Source of the DNA: Macrostomum hystrix
Taxonomy: Eukaryota > Animalia > Platyhelminthes
Reading direction: 5' to 3'
DNA: 64,000 bases
NCBI GenBank assembly: GCA_950097015.1
Contig: CATNEN010000003.1
Location: 4,216,001-4,280,000, forward strand
Made by a program: the position numbers and the translations under genes. The stretch's first letter is position 1. The number at the start of each line of letters is the position of its first letter. The notes under the pieces are model-generated. The model saw only the letters and a program-made list of their open reading frames with translations, was not told where the DNA came from and did no database searches. Shown here in pieces: positions 37,173-48,705 of this stretch.

Positions 37173-37455
37173 CCCAATTGGGCCAGATGTGCAGCCGACA
37201 ACACAGCCGCAGCCACTGCGCGGCGCATCTGAAGGCTGCGTACGGCTGTTCAGTCCATGGACTGGGGGGACGCCATACCCACCCTCAATTATCCCAGCTA
37301 ATTATGCTGGCACCCATTTAGCAGTTAGGTGAACTGAAGCAATAAAAAATCAATTTGTGTCTCGCTGAAGGACACAAACCGCTTCGATGGACTCGGAAAT
37401 CGAACCCCCGACCTTAAAGTCGTGAGTCGGACGCTCTGATCACCAACCAACCGAA
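37173..37455 (-). mobile_element. tRNA-derived CORE-type SINE (family A)
   Basis: Reverse complement of 45761-46047; box B ggttcgatttcc; core ..cttcagttcacctaactgctaaatgggtgcc. Confidence 0.8.
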
Positions 37456-37535
37456 GGCTAGTTACCTCCACTCTCTAGCATTTGTTTAGGATAGAAATCT
37501 TATACTAAAAATGAAAATCTTAAATGGGAGAATGA

Positions 37536-37681
37536 AATCTTCAGGCCGTATTTGCGGGAATAGACTTTGCCGCAGTAGATACACAGGTGGCCTTTATTAG
37601 ACTTGCAGGTGTATAGGGAGCGCGGAATCAGGTCTAGGGGCTCGGCGTCGCTTGGCAAGTCCAATGCAGTTGGTTGCACCT
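37536..37681 (-). pseudogene. 146-bp ectopic copy of part of the last PRDM13 exon (40536-40681)
   Basis: Identical except one substitution (37651 C vs 40651 T); the flanks are unrelated to PRDM13. Confidence 0.92.
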
Positions 37682-38704
37682 TAAATGAAATCTTCTTTCC
37701 TCGAAAACAAATCTTTCGCCTATCTCACTAATGCTTTTTACGCCGAAAACAGGTCTTAGAAAAAGCTTTCCAGGAATCGGATGGCAAGCTCTCAACAATA
37801 GCCCGTAATCAGAGCATATCGCATTTCGAAATCTCACTTCAGGCAGCGTCCTGAGTTTGCTTGGCGTGGCGCAAGTTATGAAATTGTTGACCGTCTCGCA
37901 TTCTAACTCGCCGACAACGCGGAAGCGAACAGAGGCCGAGCGGCTGCGCAGCGTGATCATGCGGCCCCTGCTGCAGCACTCCATGCCCCACATGTCCGTG
38001 AGCTCAGTCATGCTTGAGCGAATGATCAAAATTGTCTCTTTTAAGAAAATTATCGTTCTTACTAAATCTTCTGATCTGATAGAACAATAATACGCTGCCT
38101 TTTCATCCTTTCAGTTTTTGCCATAGACTGTTTTTGTGTTTAAAGAGAATTAAACGGAAATTGATCATTAAATGACACGAAAAAAATGGGAAGATATTGG
38201 TAGCTCATAGGCGAAGAAAAGATGAGAAAGTGGGGAACAGAAGTAGATAAGAAACAGGGAATAAAAAATATATGGGAATAGTGGGAAGATACGGAAAGTG
38301 GGAAAGACAGGAAAGAGTAGGAGAGATGAAGAAGTGAAAGGGAGATTTTGTAAGTGTGAAATGAGAGGCGAGAAGTGATGAGGCGAAGGAAATAGATAGG
38401 GAAGTGAGTAGGCACAGGAGAGATGAGCCAGGATACTGTACAGGGCTAACGGCAGAACTTGGGAGCTTCGAGGGCCGCATCTGACCCCTACCTTAGTATA
38501 ATTCATAAATACTACCTAACGCTGTAAGGGCCTAACTCAAAAATATTTATCCTTTTAAATTATACTGACACTGACAAAGACCAAGACTATTCTATTAAGA
38601 CCGGACCTATAAAATGATTTTAAGTTGCTATTTGTATAAACAAATCGCCAGCAACTTTGTAATTTAAAACACATTCGAGACTCAGCAACATCAATAAATG
38701 TGGT

Positions 38705-38720
38705 GGCCCTGAAAAGGGCC
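38705..38720 (-). terminator. Histone mRNA 3' stem-loop
   Basis: Minus strand AAAAC-GGCCCTTTTCAGGGCC-ACCAC is the canonical 6-bp stem/4-nt loop bound by SLBP, about 104 nt after the H2A stop. Confidence 0.95.
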
Positions 38721-38823
38721 GTTTTAACGTTCAGTTTAATACGCTGGCAGTGCCACTGCAAAATGGCACGGACTTGTACTGCAATTACAAAACAGTGTTG
38801 TAATTAAAGCAGATGACTGCTGC

Positions 38824-39210
38824 TTAGGCCTTGCCAGGTCCGGGCACCTTGGTCTTCTTGGGCAGTAGGACAGCCTGGATGTTCGGCAGAACACCGCCCT
38901 GTGCGATGGTGACACCGCTAAGCAGCTTGTTCAGCTCCTCATCGTTACGGATGGCCAGCTGAAGGTGACGCGGGATGATGCGAGTCTTCTTGTTGTCGCG
39001 GGCGGCGTTGCCAGCCAGCTCGAGGACCTCAGCGGCCAGGTACTCAAGCACGGCAGCCAGGTACACCGGGGCGCCAGCGCCCACACGCTCAGCGTAGTTG
39101 CCCTTGCGGAGCAGACGGTGAATGCGGCCGACTGGGAACTGAAGGCCGGCGCGAGACGAGCGAGTCTTGGCCTTGTTACGAGCCTTGCCACCCTTGCCAC
39201 GTCCAGACAT
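38824..39210 (-). CDS. H2A: Histone H2A, canonical replication-dependent type (128 aa)
   Basis: [49 protein letters not shown]..; intronless; downstream stem-loop; no SQ(E/D)Y tail. Confidence 0.98.
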   Translation of the reverse strand: MSGRGKGGKARNKAKTRSSRAGLQFPVGRIHRLLRKGNYAERVGAGAPVYLAAVLEYLAAEVLELAGNAARDNKKTRIIPRHLQLAIRNDEELNKLLSGVTIAQGGVLPNIQAVLLPKKTKVPGPGKA

Positions 39211-39290
39211 GTTGCGCTTTGATAGAGAGGATGCTTCTAATGTAATGCAGAGAGTTGATTATGATAAACTCTTTCGTTTCAACGGCGCAG

Positions 39291-39299
39291 TTATATATA
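39291..39299 (-). promoter_or_regulatory. TATA box of H2A
   Basis: Minus strand TATATATAA about 80 nt upstream of the ATG. Confidence 0.6.
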
Positions 39300-40319
39300 C
39301 CCAAAATTAAGGACAAAATATCATAGCAACCGCATTAGCAACCGAACAGGATCTGATTAGCTGGCGCTGAAATGACATTTTGTAAATTATATTTTAATCA
39401 GTGTTCGTCCTTTAGATCCTACTATTAGTAAGAATGAATGCACCAGGATTATAAGTATTATAAAATTTTGATTTGCCATATTTTATAATTTAGGTGCAAA
39501 CTGGCAAACTGCAAAGATTAATTGACTTTTTAGATAATTAAAATTATTTTGAGTGAGATTATAAACTTAAGACCTTTTATAAAACTCGTCTCATTCAGTT
39601 TAGTTAAAAAATTGTCACAAGCTTTTAATCATCAAAGCCAGTATCTTTGAATACTTGTGTATTAAATGTTCTTAGACGTCTACTGACAAATAGCTTAAGT
39701 AGTACAAAAAGTTTATTACAACTTCGTGCTTTCAATGTATTTGGATTCTTTGAATTTAAACGAGCTTGTTTGCGGAACTACAAAACAAAGGAAGTACGTG
39801 AATTGTCATGTTTTATTGCTGTTGTAATTACTTCATCGTTTATTTTTTGTAATTTAATTAAATAACAACTAACTCATTGCTGAAAAATTCATAAAGTAAT
39901 GCATCAGTAATTTAGACAAAAAATGGAAACATGCACAATAGGGGGGATGTTTTTCATAAAAGCAATTGTTCTTCAACCACTTTATGCACGTATTTAACTG
40001 CCTCTTTGTGGATGAGAACTTGTAAAGGTGGGGAATATCTAGTCTTTTACGTGTGCTTATTTTTAACGAGAATTCATGTATTTTTACAAAATTGAATTTA
40101 CGTACTAGGATTGTTACTTATATAAGTAGCAAGGTTTGCACATAGACAATTTTTTGTGTACGCACTGATAAAACGGTGCGAGAAGTATGCATGATAAAAA
40201 TATGCTAACGACATAAACATCAGAGCTATAAATTTACTTCATCATTGTCTAGCCAATGTCATTGAGCCTCTGCCCAGCCAACAAATCCCTGACTGAATTT
40301 GGAGTTTGAAGGACAAAAA

Positions 40320-40678
40320 CTATTTCGACATCACGAGTCGGTCGGGGTGTCTCGAACGCTGATGCCGTTCCAGGTCGCGTCGACGCACGAGCACCTTGGC
40401 GCAGAATTCGCACCTGTACGGAGTGTCACCTTCGGCGTGCAGGCGGATGTGCTTGTTCAGGTTGCTGGGATCGCCGAACGGTCTTAGACAGACCCGGCAT
40501 TTCAATGGCTTGTAGCCAGTGTGGGTGCGCAGGTGAATCTTCAGGCCGTATTTGCGGGAATAGACTTTGCCGCAGTAGATACACAGGTGGCCTTTATTAG
40601 ACTTGCAGGTGTATAGGGAGCGCGGAATCAGGTCTAGGGGCTCGGCGTCGTTTGGCAAGTCCAATGCAGTTGGTTGCA

Positions 40679-40724
<46 letters not shown>

Positions 40725-42903
40725 ATGCTGTTTATGCCTCTCTTTCGTGAGCTCCTGCTCACGCACCAGTTGGTCGCGCCGATTATGCAGATTTTCCTCC
40801 TGCTGAATCGCAGCGTCGGCCTTTTTTGGCGTCGAAGCCGGAGTCGATGTCGACGTGATGCTGGAGATGCTGTCAAACGATGTTGAGACGCAATGATGCT
40901 GCGACTGCGGCTGCTGACTCGGCCGATGCTGCTCGGCGAGATGTTCGTCGGTTTTGTCGACCTCCTCCCATGGTCGGCGATGCCGCTGTCGTGACGCTGT
41001 CTGCTGCTGCTGCTGTTGCTGAGGTGGTGGCTGAGGTGGCTGAGGTAAAATTGGCGGCAGCGTCGGGGGCAGCGGCAGCTGACCGAGGCGGCGAAGCAGG
41101 GTGAGCAAATCTGGCGGCGGAGCCACCCGATGATTGGCCGCGAATTCCAGAATGCCGCGCTGAATTTGAAGCTGAAACTGCAGCTGCATCTGCAGCTGAA
41201 GCTGCTGCACTGACGGCGGCGGCAGCGGCAGAGGCATCGGGGCCGCTTGCTGATGCTGCGTCGGGATCTGACTGCCGGAAACACCGCAGGCATGCATCAG
41301 GTGCGCTTTAAGCACGTTCGGATGAAGGAACTTTCGCTGGCACAGGTGGCACTGGTAGCAGTGGTGCGCTGCGGAAAACAGGATTGGGGAAAGTTGAGCT
41401 CTGTTCTGATCCTACTCCGACTCTGTGATCCCCATTCCGACTCTCTGATCCCCATACCGACTCTGATCCCCATACCGACTCTCTGATCCCCATATCGACT
41501 CTGTGATCCCCATACCGACTCTCTGATCCCCATACCGACTCTCTGATCCCCATACCGACTCTCTGATCCCCATACCGACTCTCTGATCCCCATACCGACT
41601 CTCTCATCCCCATACCGACTCTCTCATCCCCATACCGACTCTCTGATCCCCATACCGACTCTCTGATCCCCATACCGACTCTCTGATCCTAATTCTTACT
41701 CTGTGATCCTCATTCCGACTCCCTAATCCTAATTCCGACTCGGTGATCCCAATTTAAAATCTATCTGATCCAAACCTTAAAACTGTGATCCTGATCTTGG
41801 AAATCTGATCCCAATCTTCACTCCCTGATTATCTCCTAACTTGACTCGAGATCCAAATTTCTGATGCTCTGATCCCAATCCCCAGTCTGAATCCCGGCCA
41901 CTTCCAGCTCTATATGGACCCAATCCAAACTCTTCTCAAATCCCAGATTCTCACCTCTGATGTTGAGCACAGACAGCACGGGGATACCCATTCGCATAGC
42001 ACTAGCGTCTGAGAACCAGACCAGCAGCTGCTCGCCCGGCCGAATCTCCCGAGTGGCTCTCAGCCGGAATCCCGTCGGTGAACTCGGCTCGAGCGTCTGC
42101 TCATCGGCCGACAATGGCGGCGTTGTCGACGTCGAGTTGCTCAGCAGCAGCAGCTCCAGGTTCTGCTCCGAGCAATCTCTGGCGCCCTGAAGACGGGCTA
42201 CCCACCCGAGGCCGCCCTGGTCGTCCAAGATGCCTCCGAGGTCGGCGCCGCAGCGCTGAGAACGTCTGCTAGCTGGACGAACCTGAAAATAGAAGATTGT
42301 TTTCTTGGAAATTAACTGATTTTTGCTATGATGGACATGGAAATACACCTAGCTGGTCCTTGTTGGGCCGCATGTACTGATAGCGGTGCAACCGCTTATA
42401 AAAATCGCGTACGGCTGCTCAGACTGGCAATCTGTTGCAACCACACAAATATCTTCCATATTCAAGCGCAATAGAATTAAGCGCCTGATCCCAATTCCAA
42501 TTTTCTGATCCCACTCAGAGGCCACAGCGAGGGCCAACCTCCAGGGCTCAGTGAGAGTGTACACTGCCTAACGATGAGAAAGTAATTGAAGATGTACACA
42601 CCTGTGTGTGCGTGTGCTCAGGAGTCAAGGGAATGGGCAGAATTGCCTCCTCGCTGGCTGCGTGTCTAGTGTCACCAAACGCTCCCGCAATTATTATCAT
42701 TATTAAGATTCGAACTCTCGACTCACCGATACAAAGTTGGCCACTTGGCGATCGTCCCGCAAAGTCCTGGTGAATTGCAGCGCAATGCTGTCCTCGTAGA
42801 ACGGATCCGACAGTTGGCCCTCCGGGATTGTCACGGCAGCCGTGACGCCGGCTGAACAAGCGTCTTGAGTTGCCAGCCTCCTGCTCAATTGGGATTTCTG
42901 CAT
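40320..42903 (-). CDS. PRDM13: PR/SET-domain zinc-finger transcription factor PRDM13; exons 42903-42727, 42282-41955, 41368-40320 (~517 aa)
   Basis: C-terminal triple finger GHLCIYCGKVYSRKYGLKIHLRTHTGYKPLKCRVCLRPFGDPSNLNKHIRLHAEGDTPYRCEFCAKVLVRRRDLERH is the PRDM13 signature; PR-domain remnants WVARLQGARDCSEQNL and RATREIRPGEQLLVWF; isolated finger YQCHLCQRKFLHPNVLKAHLMHAC; GT-AG introns join in frame. Confidence 0.93.
40681..40730 (-). repeat. CAG trinucleotide tract encoding poly-Gln in PRDM13
   Basis: About 14 uninterrupted (tgc) units on the + strand. Confidence 0.95.
41417..41700. repeat. 20-bp minisatellite (gatccccataccgactctct) in PRDM13 intron 2
   Basis: About 14 tandem units, decaying towards 41900. 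Confidence 0.92.
42572..42705 (+). mobile_element. 5'-truncated SINE (family B) in PRDM13 intron 1
   Basis: gatgtacacacctgtg..gaattgcctcctcgctggctgc..gtctagtgtcacca is shared with 52071-52361 and 62680-63044. Confidence 0.75.
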
Positions 42904-43811
42904 CTTTGGGATTTTCGTTTGTTACTCTTTCCGTTTTATGAAATTTTCGCGAGGATGGGATAAAACGTGCCTGTGTGGACTCCGAGACCTCTTTAAATTC
43001 ACGGCGATTAGCCGCCTACCCACCCAGCCATCGGCGCTCATTGGTTGCGGGGATAAATATCCCATCCAATTGGGGAGCCGCCGCTGCCGCCTCAATGTCA
43101 GAAAATTATTTCATTCCCGAAATACTTTGGATGGAGACTGTATATAATTTGGGATCATCATATTTTTTATTTTGGGAGAATTTTTTATTCAGACAGAAAT
43201 TTCTTAGAAAATCAACAAACTAGAGGCATGCTAGAGGGAGCTTCTCGCTAATCCCTTGGCGTACCACAGAAGAGATCCTTAAAATGGGGAGATTTTGGCA
43301 TAGGATTTTCTATGCATAATAATTGTTGAGCACAATACTAGCCTAGAGCATGCGCTATGAACTGTCCCAATCTGAGTGGTGTACAATTTGCGGTGTACAA
43401 TAGTCGTTCTTTGCCATGCTATATTTAAACTATAGTTGAATCGTGGCAAATACTCGTATATGGTAGAATAAGTGCATCAGACACCAGCCTTAATCTTATA
43501 ATTTGTATAGCCATAGCTTGGTTGTGTTTAACTGCCATACAATTTTAGTAGCTTTTGAGATTATCGAGATTACTGTCATTCAGTAAATGTCTGCGTGGTG
43601 TAAGTCTCTGGTGTCACCAACTATTGCGAAAAATGCACCCCAACTAAGCATTACACGTGTGTTTAACAGCAATGGAAGCCTGGCTTTCCGTCATTGTCAG
43701 GTGCTGCTAAGACGGAATTAGCAAATCTAGTCTGTATCTGTATGGAATATACTCAACTATTCATGCAGAATAAAACAGAACAGCTAACAGATCAATAAAA
43801 TATAATTTATT

Positions 43812-44490
43812 GACTGGTGGATAATGGACTGGTGGATAATGGACTGGTGGATAATGGACTGGTGGATAATGGACTGGTGGATAATGGACTGGTGGATAAT
43901 GGACTGGTGGATAATGGACTGGTGGATAATGGACTGGTGGATAATGGACTGGTGGATAATGGACTGGTGGATAATGGACTGGTGGATAATGGACTGGTGG
44001 ATAATGGACTGGTGGATAATGGACTGGTGGATAATGGACTGGTGGATAATGGACTGGTGGATAATGGACTGGTGGATAATGGACTGGTGGATAATGGACT
44101 GGTGGATAATGGACTGGTGGATAATGGACTGGTGGATAATGGACTGGTGGATAATGGACTGGTGGATAATGGACTGGTGGATAATGGACTGGTGGATAAT
44201 GGACTGGTGGATAATGGACTGGTGGATAATGGACTGGTGGATAATGGACTGGTGGATAATGGACTGGTGGATAATGGACTGGTGGATAATGGACTGGTGG
44301 ATAATGGACTGGTGGATAATGGACTGGTGGATAATGGACTGGTGGATAATGGACTGGTGGATAATGGACTGGTGGATAATGGACTGGTGGATAATGGACT
44401 GGTGGATAATGGACTGGTGGATAATGGACTGGTGGATAATGGACTGGTGGATAATGGACTGGTGGATAATGGACTGGTGGATAATGGACT
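43812..44490. repeat. Perfect 15-bp minisatellite (ggactggtggataat) x ~45
   Basis: No variant units seen. Confidence 0.98.
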
Positions 44491-45687
44491 AGTGTACATG
44501 TATGCGGTATAAAAGACAAAGCCCAATCACCAATGCACCTGCCAATAAGACTGTAAAGTGTAAACAGTCGTACGCCGTGCCGATTTCCTGACAACCTCAG
44601 AAAATTCTTTATAATAAATGAAATAATATCGCATTTCAGTTTTTTTCACTCTCGCATTCTCAGAGGTGAGGGGGCCATTCATTACCAGAGAAATTGGTGG
44701 GTTGCGCGGGACTTCAGGACCAGATGTTGCGCCACTTCGCAATGGCTCTCAGCCTGCCCAAGCGGAAATAAAATACCAAAAAAAAGTATAGGAAAATTTT
44801 TTGCATACCCGCGCGGGCGAGCCTGGGAGAAAGTGGGCTGACCGGTGACCGCGAGCAGACAGCGCGCGGCAACACCACATGCGACCATTGTGTGCCAGTC
44901 AGAGACTTCAGAAGCAACAGTGAGAGTCCATGGGAATGCTTGCCACTTGCACCCGCGAGACCCTCCCTCAACTCCCTCCCAGTATGCGCCTCGTGACTGA
45001 TTCCTTTGACTTCGACTGTTTGAGTTGGGTTGAAAAGTCGAAATCGACAAGTCAGAACGCTTAAAGCGAGGTATTGAAATGAGCATGCAGAGGTCGAGAA
45101 AGTGAAAGGTGGTTAATAAAGTTTTTTTTAACTGCATGCATTCGATGCAGAGTGGGCGGGTTGGTTAATTTTTGTGGGGGGAAAAACCTCCCCATGCAAC
45201 AGCGGGCTGTGAATGTCAGGCAGGGCCTCAAGCGGGGGGCCTTCAGCAAAATGGACGCCATCTGGGGCGCACGTGTGCTCAGCGATTCGCTTCTCAATCC
45301 TCCAGCCCACCCACCACCCTCATGCCATTGTGTGGCTCTCTTGCACTCGATCCTTGCCCGCCTGTTGTTGGCCCTAAATAGCTTTCTTCTGGAGAGAGCA
45401 GTCTCATAAAGCAACCTTTCACTCGGCCTCTCTAAAATCCTATACTCGATACTCGCTGTCCTGCTATTTCTATACCACCTATACTTGCCCGCAGCCAAGT
45501 GTCCAGTTTGGAGCACCTTCTGTGTGTACCTGGGGTATCAACTTTCTTTGCCATTATAGCAGGCCCGCGATTCAGACTTGAATAGTTCCCTCCGTTTTTT
45601 ATTTTAATTCTTACACTTTTCTTCTGGGCATTGAAGATTTCGCGTATTTGAAAAAGCGGGTTCACTTTGAAATTTTTTTCCCAACTA

Positions 45688-46430
45688 ATTGTTGGATTTG
45701 GGACATTTTTGGATTTAGGACATTGCTGGATTTGGGACATTGTTGGATTTAGGACATTGTAGAGGTTTTAGCCTAGTTGTTAGAGCGTCGGACTCACGAC
45801 TTGAAGGTCGGGGGTTCGATTCCCGACTCCACTAGAAAAATTTGTGTCCTTTAGCAAGACACTTAACTCTGCATTGCTTCAGTTCACCCAGCTGTTAAAT
45901 GGGTACCAGCATCAGCTGGGATAATTGAAGGTGGGTGGGTGTGGCGTCCCCCCAGTCCATGGACTGAACTGCCGTACGCAGCCTTCAGATGCGCCGCGCA
46001 ATAGCTGCGGCTGTGCTGTTGGCTGCACATCTGGCCTAATTGGGGCAGGTGTAATTAATTATTAATTATTATGGATTTAGGACATTGCTGGATTTGGGAC
46101 ATTGTTGGATTTAGGACATTGTTGGATTTAGGACATTGCTGGATTTGGGACATTGTTGGATTTAGGACATTGTTGGATTTAGGACATTGCTGGATTTAGG
46201 ACATTGCTGGATTTGGGACATTGTTGGATTTAGGACATTGCTGGATTTGGGACATTGTTGGATTTAGGACATTGCTGGATTTAGGACATTGCTGGATTTG
46301 GGACATTGTTGGATTTAGGACATTGTTGGATTTAGGACATTGCTGGATTTAGGACATTGCTGGATTTGGGACATTGTTGGATTTAGGACATTGCTGGATT
46401 TAGGACACTGTATAGGATTTAGGGGCACTG
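45688..46430. repeat. 19-bp minisatellite (ggattt[a/g]ggacattg[t/c]t) interrupted by a SINE
   Basis: Units on both sides of the insertion at 45761-46071. Confidence 0.92.
45761..46071 (+). mobile_element. Full-length tRNA-derived CORE-type SINE (family A)
   Basis: Box A tagcctagttg, box B ggttcgattcc; core tgtgtcctttagcaagacacttaactctgcattgcttcagttcacccagctgttaaatggg resembles the MIR CORE; AT-rich (taat)n tail. Confidence 0.85.
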
Positions 46431-48279
46431 TGGAATTTACGAAATTCATGAACAGACCAAGCGAGTGTCGCATCATGTGGACATTGTATAATTTTCATAG
46501 TGAATTTTCGCTCATTTTGAATATACAAGTCACTTAGAAACAGCTTATAGTGGCTTACATGTGTGCCTAGGGATGACACACTGTAGCATATGCATGTGCT
46601 AACACACCCGATGCAGGAAACGGACTGGCCGTGAATTGTTGATCTTGCCAGTCGTGACTTCTCACTCAAAAGAATGTCGTCTCTTAATTGTTTGCTACCT
46701 CTTTGCAACAATGTCACAAGGCGCTCAACTTGTGAAGATTGGTTGACTGGTATAGATCCCATTCATAGAACAACAATGTGGGATAAACTTTCACCAGGTC
46801 ACACAGCAACAAGACTCAGTTGCTTTGTGTCGCTGTTTTTTTAAGCTTCTCTCTTTATCTTAGATGGGCCCAACTGTATCCATGCCAACAAGCTCACGCC
46901 CTGTATGGAGCACGAGTTGTAGGCTGACAGAGACATAAAGACAAAAACTGAAATGAGGTGAGGCGTGAATAGATAAAAAACTGCTTATTTATCCGATCGG
47001 ACATCTAATACACAATGTGCCGCCAAATATATGATAGAATTTCTTGGTGTTTTTTTAAAGAAAGTTTTTAGAAAAAGGAAAGTTTTTGTTTGAATATTTA
47101 ACCGTGAGGCCACAGACACGCGACCATGCAGAACCATGCTTTTGAGACACTTCCGCTAAAGAAGGGACACTTCAGTTTGAGCAGTGGGCAAGATGAAAAC
47201 TTGTTGAAGCATGCCAGCCATTGACAAACTGGCAGACAGGGGACACTGATATTAAGAGCTGGGATCTTGTCATTTTGTTAAGTCAAGTCGGCAACTAACT
47301 GAAAAACATTCAAAAGGGAATAATCTCGATATAGGGAGAATGAAAAAAGCACTGACAGTATTCCAAGGAATAAAGAGTGCAATTTCACCGAAAAAAATTC
47401 GAGAGGCTAATAAAGAGAGTAAAGTGAAAAAAATCGAGAGAAACATAAGAGAAGAGGATGAGGTTAAGAAGGAGTGATGCCACAGATGGTTTCTACTGCT
47501 CTCGCTTCTCATGATTATTACAAGCATGCTCAGGTGGTTGTTCACTAGCCGAAAGATTGGACACTGCACGACCCTTACCTATTTATACGAGGCACTTGGT
47601 GAGATCCAATTTCGGCCCCCGACTGTTTACTGCTTTAGCTCTGATCACCGGTGTGAATGTTGGGACATATTCTCAGGCTTTCTCTTAGCTCCCCCTCCAC
47701 ACCTGGTCACAATGCAGATCCCACACCGCGACTGGAGAAGATCCGACAGGTCCTGGGAACAATGATCACCTTCGCGGCTAGCTGGAACACCCTTGTCATT
47801 CATTTTTTGACTCCTTGAAAAATGGTCGGCAAGTTTTTGTCCTCGAGTGTGAGTTTGTGTAGGGTCCAGAAATTTAGTTTTGAGTCAACAGGAAAAGGGA
47901 ATTGTTCTGAGGCCGTGGGAATAGAGAGACACAAGCTCTATACTGGCCTTTCAAATATGATATGTGGGGCCTCAAATCGCAGGGGGGTGATTGGCTTGTT
48001 GAGCTGTCCTGTCATCCATCGGAACACTTTCTATTCACTTTCACCTTAAGTCCAATTGAGAGCCCACTTGAGCACGAAGTTAATTGGTGGCTTGTCAGCC
48101 TTCACTAGGCTTTAGCATTTCGATGTTTGAATGAATTGGAATGCCACATTGCTGCGTAATCAAGCTCGAGCGTGTAGGGGTTAATCTTTCACGATAAACA
48201 TTTGACCACTGGGTCAGATGGGTCAGGGCTACTACATTGTGGGTCAGGGTTTTGGAATGAGAGGTCCGTGTGTTATAAT

Positions 48280-48705
48280 CTGTGTGTCAGTGTGCTATGA
48301 TGAGTGTGTCAGTGTGCTATGATGAGTGTGTCAGTGTGCTATGATGAGTGGGTCAGTGTGCTATGATGAGTGGGTCAGTGTGTTATGATGAGTGGGTCAG
48401 TGTGTTATGATCTGTGTGTCAGTGTGTTATAATCAGTGGGTCAGTGTGTTATGACAGGTGGGTCAGTGTTTTTAATCAATGGATCAGAGTTTTTAATCGG
48501 TGGGTCAGAGTTTTTAACCGGTGGGTCAGCATTTTTAATCGGTGGGTCAGTGTTTTTAATCGTTGGGTCAGCATTTTTAATCGGTAGGTCAGTATTTTTA
48601 ATTAATAGGTCAGAGTTTTTATTCGGTGGGTCACGGTTTTTAATCAATGGGTCAGAGTTTTTAATCGGTGGGTCAGTGTTTTTAATCGGCGGGTCAGAGT
48701 TTGTG
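48280..48705. repeat. Compound degenerate 21-bp tandem repeats (gtgggtcagtgtgttatgatga, then gtgggtcagagtttttaatcg)
   Basis: gggtcag core recurring about every 21 nt; two subtypes in succession. Confidence 0.85.

Noticed and set aside
38140-38506. Hydrophobic Phe/Ser/Leu-rich ORFs suggesting membrane proteins
   Set aside because: Produced by a purine-rich/pyrimidine-rich low-complexity tract open in all three minus frames.
43812-44490. Chi-like motif (ACTGGTGG versus GCTGGTGG)
   Set aside because: Only a 7/8 match, and Chi has no established role in eukaryotes.
43761-44594. ORFs of (HYPPV)n, (STSPL)n, (DNGLV)n and (MDWWI)n resembling extensin or repeat proteins
   Set aside because: Translations of a perfect 15-bp minisatellite open in several frames; no synonymous variation and no gene context.
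45765-45840. tRNA gene (also 21085-21145, 37385-37455, 62965-63044)
   Set aside because: Boxes A and B are present but there is no clean cloverleaf, and each continues into a shared SINE body.
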